From the NCBI GenBank assembly GCA_001643675.2, contig LSRY02000032.1, positions 868,001 to 932,000 of the forward strand: a stretch of DNA of 64,000 nucleotides, written 5' to 3'. The stretch comes from Monocercomonoides exilis PA203. Its lineage: Eukaryota; Protista; Preaxostyla. Made by a program: the position numbers and the translations under genes. The first letter of the stretch is position 1, and each line of letters starts with the position of its first letter. The notes below the pieces were generated by a model. It saw nothing but the letters and a program-made list of their open reading frames with translations. It searched no databases and was not told where the DNA came from. Shown here piece by piece: positions 34,743 to 46,500 of the stretch.

Positions 34743-34982
34743 GTCAAAATTTTTTTGAAAAGTTCCTTTTATTTAATTTTCAAATAAAATAAAAATTTCA
34801 TATTTTCATCAATTTTTTGTTCCTACTCAAGAAACTTCACCAAAATGGAAACAAAATCTTGATAATGTTCATTTTTCCATTTTTGTTAATTTTCGTGAGC
34901 GAGAACAGAAATTTGATCAAAATATGAAATTTTTGTTATATTAGAAAATTAAACAAAAGGAACTTTTCAAAAAAATTTAGAC
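34743..34982. mobile_element. 240-bp palindromic MITE with ATAT flanking duplication
   Basis: GTCAAAATTTTTTTGAAAAGTTCC...GGAACTTTTCAAAAAAATTTAGAC. ATAT at 34739-34742 and 34983-34986. Confidence 0.88.
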
Positions 34983-34992
34983 ATATCATATA

Positions 34993-35442
34993 CAGTCTAA
35001 ACCGGATATAATCACATCGGTTTTTGCAAAACTTTTTGTGACTATATCTGATTGTGATTATACACGATGCTGCTTAACACAGAAAAAAATAAAAATAAAT
35101 AAACTAATTAATTAATTTAGGGTCGATTTTTTCATTTTTGAAAATTCTTCATCAAAACGCATTTTTCACTTGCGAAATGAATTTTTTTCATTAATACACA
35201 TTATTTTGACTTATTTGAGTACATTTTTGAAAAAGCGAAAAATTGAAATTTTTGATCAAAAAATCGATTTTTCACTGAAAAAATCACCCATAATAATAAA
35301 AAATGTGATTATATATTTGCAGCCCTGTGATTATATGCGATGGAAAATGAATGAAAAATAGACCAAAAATGTTGGTGCAAGGAAAAATGTGACTATAAAT
35401 GAATGTGATTATATTCGACGTGATTATATCCGGTTTAGACTG
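34993..35442. mobile_element. 450-bp Tc1/mariner-pogo-type MITE
   Basis: Perfect 23-bp TIR CAGTCTAAACCGGATATAATCAC. TA on both sides (34991-34992 and 35443-35444). Repeated subterminal GTGA(T/C)TATA. Second copy at 1-110. Confidence 0.92.
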
Positions 35443-35697
35443 TATTATAATTTTTGAAAAGATCCTTTAAAAGATCAATTCAAATAATATATTTGATATA
35501 ATCAAATCATATAAGAACAACTCAAAGCAAAAAATTCGAATTGATAAAACGGATTCGTTCGTTCTGAATAAGTTCAATTGAATATTTGTTGAGATTTTAG
35601 AATAAAAAATTTTAATCCGGATAATTAAAAATCCGGATAGAAATTTTACAAACTCAAATACTTAAATAATTGTTTTTTTTTTTCTTTACGGACATTT

Positions 35698-36273
35698 ATG
35701 AATTGTTTTCTGAGCTTGAACAATACATAAAATGTTAAGCGATTACGGAAAATTGAAGAAATAATTGAATTGACGGAAGAAATAGAAGAAGAGGAGTTAA
35801 AAATTTGTTTTTAAAGAATAACTTTAAGAAATAATATCTCAAATGATTAATGAAAAGAAATAGTTAACAGAAAATTTCATTCCGTTGTTGAAATGTATTG
35901 AAATATCCAATGCGTCGAAAAGAATTTGAACCAGATTGCTTTGAGTATTCTTTGTTGTGAATATTTTTTAAGAGACGATTATTGAAGAAAAACGGCAAAA
36001 GAATGAATGAACAAAATATTTTTTGTTTACATTTGCATGTGATGTCTTTGTCTGAGCAGCAGCTTCATGTGCAATTTTCTTTCAATTTTGATGCATTGTC
36101 TGTTGAAAGCTGCTTTGAAAAAAGAAGAAAATATTAAAGCGGAGGTGAATCATGCAACAGAGGTGAAGTATTTTGAATCGTTGAATGAACGTTCTGTTTA
36201 TAAATCAATTTGCCAGAAATTATTAAAAAAATTCCAACATGCTCCTGGAGAATATAAAAAGATCATTATTTGA
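35698..36273 (+). pseudogene. Degenerate N-terminal part of the helical lineage-expanded family related to the hAT cargo
   Basis: ELFSELEQ..KIEEIIELTEEIEEEE and LSILMHCLLKAALKKEEN motifs, with stops and frameshifts. Family recognised from memory only. Confidence 0.5.
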
Positions 36274-36946
36274 TCGATTTCAAAAAATGATCCGCTTTTG
36301 AACTACAGAACTTTTGTAATTATAAGATCTATTTTCGTTTGAATCAGTAAAACAAAATACACTCATTCAATTCAAATTTCTTTCAACTTATCCAAATTTG
36401 CTTAATCAAATTTGAATTTCCTCTAACTTTTTTTGGGATATAGGGAAATATTTTGATCAACACAAAATGATCTCTAGCTTTTGTTTTTGTGCATTTTTTC
36501 AGCAACTTTCTATGAAAATTGAACAAAATATAATAGCTAATCATTTTTAAGAAATGTTCATAATTAATTAATTTAAAAATTTTCGAGTTTTTTCCTCGAA
36601 TTTGACAATAATGTGACATTTTTATAATTGAAATGTTTTCTTTCACATGCACAAGATTTGCATGTTGTGATGTGTTTTTATAAATTTTTTAACATATTGC
36701 GATATTTTTATTTCAAAATCAAATTCAATGATAAATGAATTTACAAAAAAAGGAGAATGAAGTTTAAGAAAAAAATTTTTTTGTTGAAAAATAAAACAAA
36801 AGATAAATTTTTAAAATTCTAAAAATTCTTTTTCCAATTTTTTTTCAAAAGAAAGAAATGAGAGAGAAAATTGGGGAAAGTTTATCAAGATAAATGAAAA
36901 TGATGAAAATGACATTCACGTAGTTATTTAAATATTGTGATTGTTA

Positions 36947-38725
36947 TTAAGTTTGACTTAGATTTTCTTTTGACAAGAAAGAAGAAGATCGTGGGCGAGA
37001 TATATTTGAATCTAAAGATGTGGAAGAATTTGATTGTTGAGAAAAGATTTGATGAGCGGAAATATATTGGAAAGACCAAATTGCACTATTTAACAGTTGT
37101 TGAGAAGAAGTAGTCGTTTCATTCAGTGAAGCGTCCGAAGTATATTGTAAGTTTTTATTTGAGGCAAATAGGAATTCAATAAATATAGATTTGATGAAGA
37201 AGACAACTTCCACAAACAAATTGAATCTCATTAATCTGGAAGTAACAAAAAAAGGGAAATTTCTTATATCTTCGTTTGTTCTTTCAACTTCTTTCAACTC
37301 ATCTTCGTTTCTTTCAGAATTTTTGAGATTGATGTTTTTTCTTTTTTCTTTTTCTTTTTCTTCAAAAGTTGAATCATCATCAATTTTTATTTCTTCTCTT
37401 TCTTTATATTCAAAAAAAAAATGTTTTTATTATTTCTCTTGATCTGAATGATGTGAAAATCGTTCACAGAATGGGTAGTCTGATTCTGTTGATTCTTCTT
37501 TAAATGAAAAATAATGGACATGTGAAAGTGAAAAAATGTTCTTTTCATGCTCAAAAGAACAATATGCGTTCAAAAACATAAACGAACCAATTCTTTGGAT
37601 TGACTTTGGATATTGAAAAGTTGAATTCTCATTTGAATGATTAAGTTTTTTTCTTTATCTTTCCAAGCATTGCTTGTTCGCTTTCTTTTTCGCTTCCTTT
37701 TATAGATAATATTGAGTGTGAAGTTCGTAAATAATCAAATCGTTTGCATTGCAATTTGATTTCATTAAAGGATTATGTTAAATGTGAAAATTGGCTAACA
37801 AACTGAAACAATAAAAAAGTCTTCAATTGTTTAAATATCCATCGCAAAATTTCTTCCGTATACAGTAAATAAAGTCTTTAATCGTCCAAAAAACTTTTCC
37901 ACCATAACCCTGTGTTCCGATGGATATTATGTTCCATGTGGTTTTGGAATAACAGCTCCAAGTTCTGTTTTTTGTCCCATATTGATTGAATCTGCCATGA
38001 TTTTTGAACCTTTGAGATGCTGAGAGAAGCTTGGATGGTGATTTTTGAAAATTTCATAGTCATTGACGCTTCCTAGGAAAAAATCGCTGATTGTGTTGGC
38101 TAATCCGTTCTTTGGATCGACTCCGATTTCAACTTTTTCATAGGAAGAATGATGCTTTCCGCTATAATTTTATCTTCCATCTGCAAATATTCCACTTGGC
38201 CTGTCAATACACACAGTTGTACAATCCAGAACGAGACCAACCTCTAGCAATTCTTTCATTGTATCTTTTCGAAAAATCAGAAGAAAATTTTCAAATGTAT
38301 CTTTTATGTTACCAAAAATGCTGTGTAATAACTGCGTAACTGAGCTGTATGATTTGAATAATGGATAAGTCAGAAGTTCTGTCATTAATGTTGAGTATAA
38401 GTTTAGGTGATTGAGTATAATAAAAAGCTGTTCGTCAAAATCTTGAATTCCCTTTTGCTTTCTACGATGATGAGATTGCTCGTAATCAAGAAGAAGCAAT
38501 ATATCAAAATCTGTTCTTGTGAAACCTGTCAAATGGAAAAATCTGTGAATAGGATCTTCGCTTTTCTGACAAACTTTTTCAATAAACAATATTTTTTCTC
38601 TTCCGGAGTTATTAGCGCATACGATGGGAGTGTTATTCTCATTTCTTCACGCTAAAGAACCTCCAAAATTTTTATCGTTCCATGAAAGATATTTTTTGAT
38701 TAAATTTCAATTGATCTCACGCCAT
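36947..38725 (-). pseudogene. Degenerate PIF/Harbinger-ISL2EU-type (DDE_Tnp_4-like) transposase
   Basis: GLVLDCTTVCIDRPSG, YSGKHH..EKVEIGVDPKNG, GSVND, IMADS, HRVMVEKFFGRLKTLF and LANFHI in canonical order. Multiple stops and frameshifts. Limits approximate. Confidence 0.75.
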
Positions 38726-40911
38726 TTTTTGTTTTGTCAACTTTTTGATCAATAAACCAGTATTTGAAGTTTTTTTTTTTTTAAACTTGAGTAATAATGA
38801 AAAAGAACTTGTTTCATTGCATTTTTATCAAACTAAATTCTTTTTAGTTCAACTTTTCCAGATTGAAGAATAACATTTACAAAAGGTTAATTTTTCAGGT
38901 TCCACGAAAGTTTTTGCGTATTTGTTTCATTTGAGTTGATTGAATCGACTCCTCTGTTCAAGTGGATGCACATACTTTGATAATCATCAGCTATTCAATA
39001 GTTCCTCATAATGGTATTGATATCACTTGCAACATCCATATTGATAAAACAGAGTTTTTTCATAAACTTTGTCAAAGATCCAGAACGAACATCAAAAAAC
39101 TTCGTAGGGTTTTTCTTTTTCTCTTACCCATTTTTTAACCCCATTTTTTTTATTTGTGGAGCTAGCTACGGCTCAATACAAGCTCGTAGCCAACGAAAAA
39201 TAAAAAGAAAAGCTTTTTTTTAAAATATTTTTCTTATGCAGAAATTATTATTTTTCGAATTATTTTTAACTTACAAATTTCTGTATTTTTCAATTTCATT
39301 TTTTGGTCATTAAATCAATTGTTTTTTTATGAATATAACATTCTGGAAGTATAAAGTTTCATTGTCATTAGATGTCATATCCTTTTCATTATTTTTATAA
39401 CCTTTCACATTTCACATGTATCTTTTTCATATGTTTCCTCATTTCAGCGACTTTTCGAAAAAATGTTATTTTTGATAGTTTTCAAACAAAAATTTTTATT
39501 TTATGTTTTGTTACTCATATAAAACTCATTATATTGACATGTATTTTCATAATCTTTTGCAAAAAAAATGATTCTTGCTAAAAAAATCAAAACTACCGAA
39601 ATTAATGATTTTCACTTTTCTGCTTGAAATCAAATTTGAAAACTTTTTTCAACATCAACATAAAAAAAAATATGAACATATTTTATGGATAACCTTAAAA
39701 ATTTTTTCTAAAAAAATTAATGAAAATGAATAAAGAATTTTTTGCATGCTTCATGCACTCATATTCGCCTTGTGAATGATGTGGGAAAAGTTCGAAATCA
39801 TGTACAATGAGTAAAATACCCGGAACATGGTAAAAAACCCGGAATTTTTATTAAAATTCATATATCTCGACAAGTTTAAAAAATTAAATTATAATAATTC
39901 ACACATTCATACATCAGTATATTACACATCTAACCATATTGAAATTTTTATTTGTTGTGTTGTATTAATGAAGAAATAAATAATTATTATTTTTGATAAT
40001 CTGACTTTTAATAATTTTTTCTGTTTCAACAAAACGATTCAGTTCATCTTTTACACATAAAACTTATTTTTTCTTTGTTGCAAACTGTTCGGATTATTTT
40101 TCATTTTTGGCAATTTGCTATTTCTGACGGAATGAAAATCTGTCATTTTCAAAAAATCACAGTCAATGGGATAACTAAAAAAATATTTTTTGCTAAACAC
40201 AAAAACATCCAAGTGAATTTAACATATGCATCAATAAATTTGATAGTTATATAAAATTTCTTCATCATTGAAACCTTCATTAATTCAGTAATTATTTCAA
40301 AAATAAAAATTGTTTTAAATATTGATGATTTTTATGATCATTTTCATTGAATTTTCTACCGAATTGTATTTAACCAAATGAAAATGGAATTATTTTTAAT
40401 TTCCACTATGAAGAAATTTTATATAACTGTCATTTTTATTGATGCATGTGTTAAATTCACTTGGATGTTTTTGTGTTTAGCAAAAAATATTTTTTTAGTT
40501 ATCCCATTGACTGTGATTTTTTGAAAATGACAGATTTTCATTCCGTCAGAAATAGCAAATTGCCAAAAATGAAAAATAATCCGAACAGTTTGCAACAAAG
40601 AAAAAATAAGTTTTATGTGTAAAAGATGAACTGAATCGTTTTGTTGAAACAGAAAAAATTATTAAAAGTCAGGTTATCAAAAATAATAATTATTTATTTC
40701 TTCATTAATACAACACAACAAATAAAAATTTCAATATGGTTAGACGTGTTATATACTGATGTATGAATGTGTGAATTATTATAGGGTGATTTATTAACCC
40801 GAACTTTTTTAAAAACCCGGACTTTTTTTTAATAATAAGTTGATTTTTCCCACTTTTTATATTGTTTTCAGTATATAAGGAAATATCAATGACTGAAATT
40901 GTAGATTAAAT

Positions 40912-40998
40912 TACTATACCTAATCTCTGATGGGAGGAGATGGGGGGGTTAGCTCCTCCATCTCTGATTAGTGCCTCCCCTGAGGAGATTAGGTAGTA
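40912..40998. other. GC-rich nested stem-loop upstream of the transposase, function unknown
   Basis: Outer stem TACTA(TA)CCTAATCTC/GAGATTAGGTAGTA, tandem TGAT/TGAG, GGGAGG/CCTCCC, and inner hairpin AGATGGGGGGG-TTAG-CTCCTCCATCT. Surrounding DNA is very AT-rich. Confidence 0.55.
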
Positions 40999-41117
40999 GC
41001 AACGGGGCTGACTAAGTTAGAATTTAATCGAAAAAAAATTTTTTTATTTTTTTTTCATTTCAAAAAAAATTTTTTTTATAAAAATAAAAAATGATCATAA
41101 CCAAAAAATATTTTATA

Positions 41118-42714
41118 ATGAGTGTTGTGAAAAATAAAAAAGAACGTGGACAGTCAATTCTTCGAGAAAAAATGATGTCATTTGAATATCGAAGAATTGA
41201 AAATCGATTAGAACGCATGGCGCGGATAGTTGTTGATGGACATGTCAGAATCGTTGATGCAATAAATACCAAAGAGTTCTCTCGTTCAGCAATAATTAGA
41301 GCAGTTTCAGCAATTGAAAGCGGCAGAGCTGTTGCAAAACCTGGCAGGCCAGAACTATTCAATGAAGAGGACAAAAACATTATTGTTGGAGTTATTAAAA
41401 TCGAAAGTTTATCCGGAACAAGTTTAAATGCAAAGAGAACAAGAGAATTAGTTTGATTTCACATTTGTTTATCTTTCGTTTTTAATAATAAATATTTTTC
41501 AGATGGAATCTGTCCTTTCCGACAAAAAAAGACGATCAGAAACTGATGTTGATAAAAACACCAGTGTGTCCAAATCATATCCATATCTATTTGCAAAAAG
41601 GAATTCTGAGCTCAAAGCTTCCATGCCCAGAAATGTGGATATCCAACGTCTCTCAGTATCCAATCAACAAGCTCTTCTTCCTTTCTACGAGCTTCTACAA
41701 AATCTTCACAATTCTCATCATTATTCACCTTCTTTGATCTTTAACACCGATGAATCTTCACTCCGCTTATCGGATTCCTTTAAAACTCTTGTGATTCACC
41801 CCACAGGAGTTCCAGCTGGATTTCATACAACACCCACAAACATGCCAAATGCCACTTTGGTTGTAGCAGCTGCTGCAGATGGATATTCTCTCAAAAGCAT
41901 TGTGTTGTGGCCATGCCACAAATTACCAAAGGAAATGCGAGTTCTTCTAAGCGCATTCATTGATGTTTGGGATAACAACGATGGATGGATGACGGAAAGC
42001 ATATTTCAAAGATACGCAGAAGAGGTTTTATTAACTGGAATCATCGAAAGAAGGAAAATATTAACGAAAACCAACGAGAGATGTCTTCTTCTTTTGGATT
42101 CTCACTCTTCTCGGGCTCAGCCTGACATATGGCAGAAATTTGCTGATAACAACATTGACGTCGTCACTTTTATTCCACACAGTTCACACATCACACAACC
42201 TCTTGATCGTGGTGTATTTGCTGTCTTCAAAAAATGCATCAACTCTCTTTACTCTGTGCCTCCAGATTCTTCCATTTCTCTTCGACGTGAGGCCATTTCC
42301 AACGTCCTTCCACAAGCTCTTCAGACAGCATTACTTCCTGCAACTGTTGTTTCTTCGTTCAAGAAAAGCGGAGTGCTTTCAAACGAGTGGCATTCAGTAC
42401 TATCAACACTTCCAAAGGAACCTTCGGTAACACTGAAAAAGAGAACACACAGGTTTGATTTTTTTGGAAAAATTATAACTGAACAAAAATTTCTTGAAGT
42501 ATGGAAAAAAGAAAAGAAAATGAAAGAAGATAAGAAAAGAAAAGATAATAATGATGAAAAAGAAGAAAAAATTCTTTTCGCAGCTGAAAAGCCCCAAAAA
42601 AGAAGATTTAATAAATCCCACATTTTGAATGATGATATTTTGGATGATGAATCAAAGCAGAAAAATTCCAGAAAAATTGTAAAAAGAGAACTTGTTGATT
42701 ATGTTTATTATTGA
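41118..42714 (+). CDS. pogo-family (DDE_1) DD35D transposase, two exons (41118-41450 and 41503-42714), ~514 aa
   Basis: Phase-0 52-nt intron GTTTGA...TTTCAG joins the two ORFs in frame. N-terminal HTH-like region with GRP. Catalytic IFNTDES, GWMT, LLLLDSH and ITQPLD, with 35 residues between the 2nd and 3rd Asp. Alternative ATG at 41091. Confidence 0.9.
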
Positions 42715-43505
42715 TCATTTCAATTTTCAAAATTAAAACATGATTGCTCGAAAAAAAATTTTTTTTTATTTCAAACCAAAATTAAAAAAAAGTTCGGGTT
42801 TATAAATCACCCTAATTTAATTTTTTAAACTTGTCGAGATATATGAATTTTAATAAAAATTCCGGGTTTTTTACCATGTTCCGGGTATTTTACTCATTGT
42901 ATTCATTACCCGCTGAAAAAAGGCATCTGATCGGTCATAAGGAAAACGTCAACCAATTTGGAAAGACACTTTAATTCAAAAAAAATGTATGTATCTTAAA
43001 ACTGATCCATTTGATAGATATCTGAAATTATAAAGCTGCTTTCAAAATATAAAAAAGGCTGAAAAATTTTCAAAAATAGAAAGGCACATTTGGATACTGC
43101 TATTATTGTGAGTATTTCCATTTTTGATTAAGTGAGATTTTTGAAAATTGATCAAAATGTGTTGATAAACACAATTTCCACAAAATCAAAAACAACTTCA
43201 TTTTCAACAGAGGATTGATGAAGGACAAGCAGAAATCAATCTGCGAATGAAAACAAAGCTGTCATATCAATATTAGTCAGATGAATATTAAATATACAAG
43301 CATCCAAAGCAGTATTCATCTACGAAACATTTTATCAAGACGTCTTTATAAATACCAAATAACGTATGTAACATTTATTTAATAACTAATTGTTAATATC
43401 ACAAGTGTCAAATTAATCACAATTGCAAAACTTTTTATCCCCAATAATACTTTAATCATAATTCAGAAGCTCTCTTTTTGTCAATTGTTTTTCTCTTTGT
43501 TGTGA

Positions 43506-46500
43506 TCAAATTTCTATTGCAGTATTTTTTGATGAACTTTTAACTCTTCTCTTATTGGAAAATTCTTGATCAATAATTGCATCTGTCATAGTTGGAACAG
43601 TCGAATTCGAAGGAAACATCGCAAAAAATTCTCTTTTCAGTTGAAGAATTGATGGTCTGCGTTCTGGAAATGGAGAAATGCAACTCACAACATCCCCTTC
43701 AAACTTACAACCCTCTATCTTCGTCATACTTGGTCTTTCCCCATTTTTTATTTTTTCTCCAGCTATCTCTGCCTCATACTCACCGAATGGTGTCTGTAGC
43801 GTCAAGCACTCCCACAGCATCATCCCGATCGAAAATGCCACTGATTCCTTTGTTGCTCCCATCTTTTTATTCATCAGCAGCTCGGGTGCCTTCCATCTCA
43901 GACACTCTTTTTTGAAGTCATTCTCTTCTTCAAAGGCAGATGAGGGCAGAGAGTCATCATCATCATCATCACTGGCAGATGTCATAACAGTCGATGAAGA
44001 GATGGAAGAAGAGTCGGAGTCATCATCAGAAGAGAAGTCTGAGTGCATCACAATGCAGATGACCATATGTTCTGAGAACAGCACAATGTGAGGGCTAAGA
44101 TTGGCCAGAGAGGAAAGACCTTCTTCCCCATCCTCAAACGAGTGGAGTGCGAGATTCGCCACCCAGAACAGGATCTGAGCGCCAGTCATCTCCCTCTCCT
44201 TCAGAGTCCCAATCACCATCTCCTTCTTCTCGTTCCTTCCATGAAGAAGCATGAACAGCGAATCCCTCAAGTCCACAATCAGCTTCTCATGAGGGGATGA
44301 ACATGCCATTGCATCCACCAGATTTGACATGGATGAAGTGGTTGGGCACAGATCCTCCCCTCGAACAAAAGTTGAATCTGAATCAGTTGTTGAAGTGGTT
44401 GAAGTGGATGAGATGGATGGTGATGGTGTTCGCTTTCTGGTCTCTTCCTCTTCTTCAACCTTTTCCAGCATCCATTGAGGAATCTTATTAGAGTCATTTC
44501 CAAGAATGTATTCTGTTGAGCCACTCTCAGATAGAAGATGCTCTGAAGACTCTGAATGTCCCAAGCTTTTTTCATAAACTCTCTTCTTTATTCTCTCATC
44601 GTCCTTCTTCTCTGCCTCCTTCTCTGCTCTTCGCCATTGTGCCTCTGGTGACATCTCCATCGTCACCATCTCAAACGCCTTCGGATCCTTTTTCACTGTG
44701 TCATTCACAATCACTTCCAATTCCTCTGTCCTTCTCTTTTGCTTCTTCCATCGAACAATAAATATTATCGACACAATAAGCACTATTAATAAAATAACAC
44801 CCATGACTATAACAATCAACAACCAATAAGATTTTCCTTCTTTGTTTCCTCCTTCAACAATCCTTTCATCTCCTTTTGGATTTGGCTCGGTCTTGTTCTT
44901 CAGAAAGAATGATTTTGTTGATGAAGGAGAATCAACATTCCCAAATAAGATTTCCACAGATATCTCAGTTTCACCACTTGCATTTTCAAGTCGAGACAAA
45001 GGGATTGAAGCCCTCACTTCCTCTTCTCCAACATATTCATCATCGCTGTCTATCTGGTATTTTTCGACTTCCTGCTCGACCCCTCTCGCAAATGTGAGGC
45101 TGACCGAGAGGTTGCAAGGAAGCAACAGCCTTCCAACAAACGTCAGAACAGCTTCATTTCCTGCTTTCACAAAGGCGACAGAATCCAATGAAGGAATAAA
45201 GAAGGATGACAACCGGTCAGCCACAATCCCCGAAGCATTGCACCCTTCGCTCAACATCCACAATGATGAGTTCTCCTTTGTTCCATCTCCCCCTTTCAAG
45301 CTCGAAACAACCAATGCTCCAGAATCAGAACAGAAGACATTTCTTCTGGCTGATGGGTATTTCTCGATCTGCGGGTTATTGTTCACAAACTCTCCTTTCT
45401 CAATGCTTGCTTTCCCACCAGAAATCGACAATCCACCAAACGGAGAGTTTTCGATTGTTGTGTCTTTCATGAAAGCACTCGAGTTCACCAGACCCACAAT
45501 CGATCCATTCCACATGCACGCCTCATTCGTTCCTTCGTTTCTTTTCCAGCCTTCATCTTTGGCTGACAAACTTCCATCAAACACACACGAATCGAAAGAA
45601 GCATTTGAACAGCAATTGAAGGAGGCGATTGCTCCCTTCATTGGCTGAGAAGTGCAATTCACAGCTGAGCAGTTTTGCAGATGGATCGGATATCTGCTCA
45701 AAAAGCAGTCAAATACACTTGCTGCTTTTGATTCAACCCTTGATGCACATGTGATGTTGCTGAACGATGCCTGCATTATGCTGCACAATCCATCGTTTCC
45801 TTCTGTCATATCATTCTGCTGAAAAGTGCAACACACAACACCTCCACTGCAGAGTTTGATGTTTTCAACAAACAATTCCTTGACAATCACCTGCCCATGC
45901 AATGACTCCACCAGAATGGCATGCTTTTTGATTGTTGATTTGATGAGTTTTATCTTTTCAATTGACAAGCTCGAATGAGCTGAAACAATGACTGTTTCAG
46001 CCTCCACAGAGGAGCAAGTCAACGACGAAACAGAAACATTCGATGAAGAGGCTGTGATCATTCCTTTCCCCCACGACGATTTGTCGATTTCCACATCAAT
46101 CATCGTTGCACTTGCCTGATTTGCCACAACCAATGAAGAATCTGAAACAACAGCCTTGATCTGTATCTGGCTGATATGAGTGCTTGCTGATGGACTCAGG
46201 AGAAGAATATCGCTGTGGATGTTGAGCGAATCAAACACCACTTTTTGCACTTCCAACAGCCCTGCTGAAACAACAAAAAGGGTCTGACTGAGCGCCATCT
46301 CTTCTGAACTTCCTGTGAATGTGCATGAGATGATTGAGGTGGCTCCATTCTGGATGTTGAACACAGACACATGCGACGAGGCATATTCCTCAGAAAAGAG
46401 AAAATCCATCTTCTCGAAAGATACACTCCCCACGCACTCCATTAATCCCGAATACTTCGTTTCACTAGCTGTTGTGCCTCCAAGCAGCACACGGCAGTGG

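Larger units (their letters stand above)
40784..42812 (+). mobile_element. Apparently intact autonomous pogo/Fot1-type DNA transposon (2029 bp)
   Basis: 27-bp TIR GGGTGATTTATWAACCCGAACTTTTTT with 1 mismatch. TA TSD at 40782-40783 and 42813-42814, confirmed by the uninterrupted opposite arm of the host foldback. Encodes a transposase. Confidence 0.93.
39805..42899. mobile_element. Foldback element (1064 bp when empty; ~461-bp arms, ~142-bp spacer) with a pogo element inserted in its right arm
   Basis: Left arm 39805-40265 is the near-perfect reverse complement of 40408-40783 joined to 42815-42899. Termini CAATGAGTAAAATACCCGG / CCGGGTATTTTACTCATTG. TA at 39803-39804 and 42900-42901. Confidence 0.93.

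Noticed and set aside
36869-36890. Possible TIR (AATT-GGGGAAAGTTTATCAAG) for the 37-38 kb transposase relic
   Set aside because: No matching right end was found downstream. The similar sequence near 31077-31092 is on the wrong side.
39163-39190. Helitron 3' hairpin (GCTACGGCT...AGCTCGTAGC)
   Set aside because: The CTAG overlaps the stem instead of lying ~10 nt downstream, and no 5' TC end or second copy was found.
40912-40998. SECIS element or C/D snoRNA
   Set aside because: A UGAN/NGAN-like core is present, but there is no preceding purine, no apical AA and no 3'-UTR context. Box C is imperfect and lacks K-turn bulge geometry.
40980-41060. Hammerhead ribozyme (CTGAGGA-GATTA...TAATC-GAAA)
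   Set aside because: The core and a stem II can be drawn, but no NUH site with compatible stems I and III exists in any topology, and GATTAGG is better paired in the upstream hairpin.
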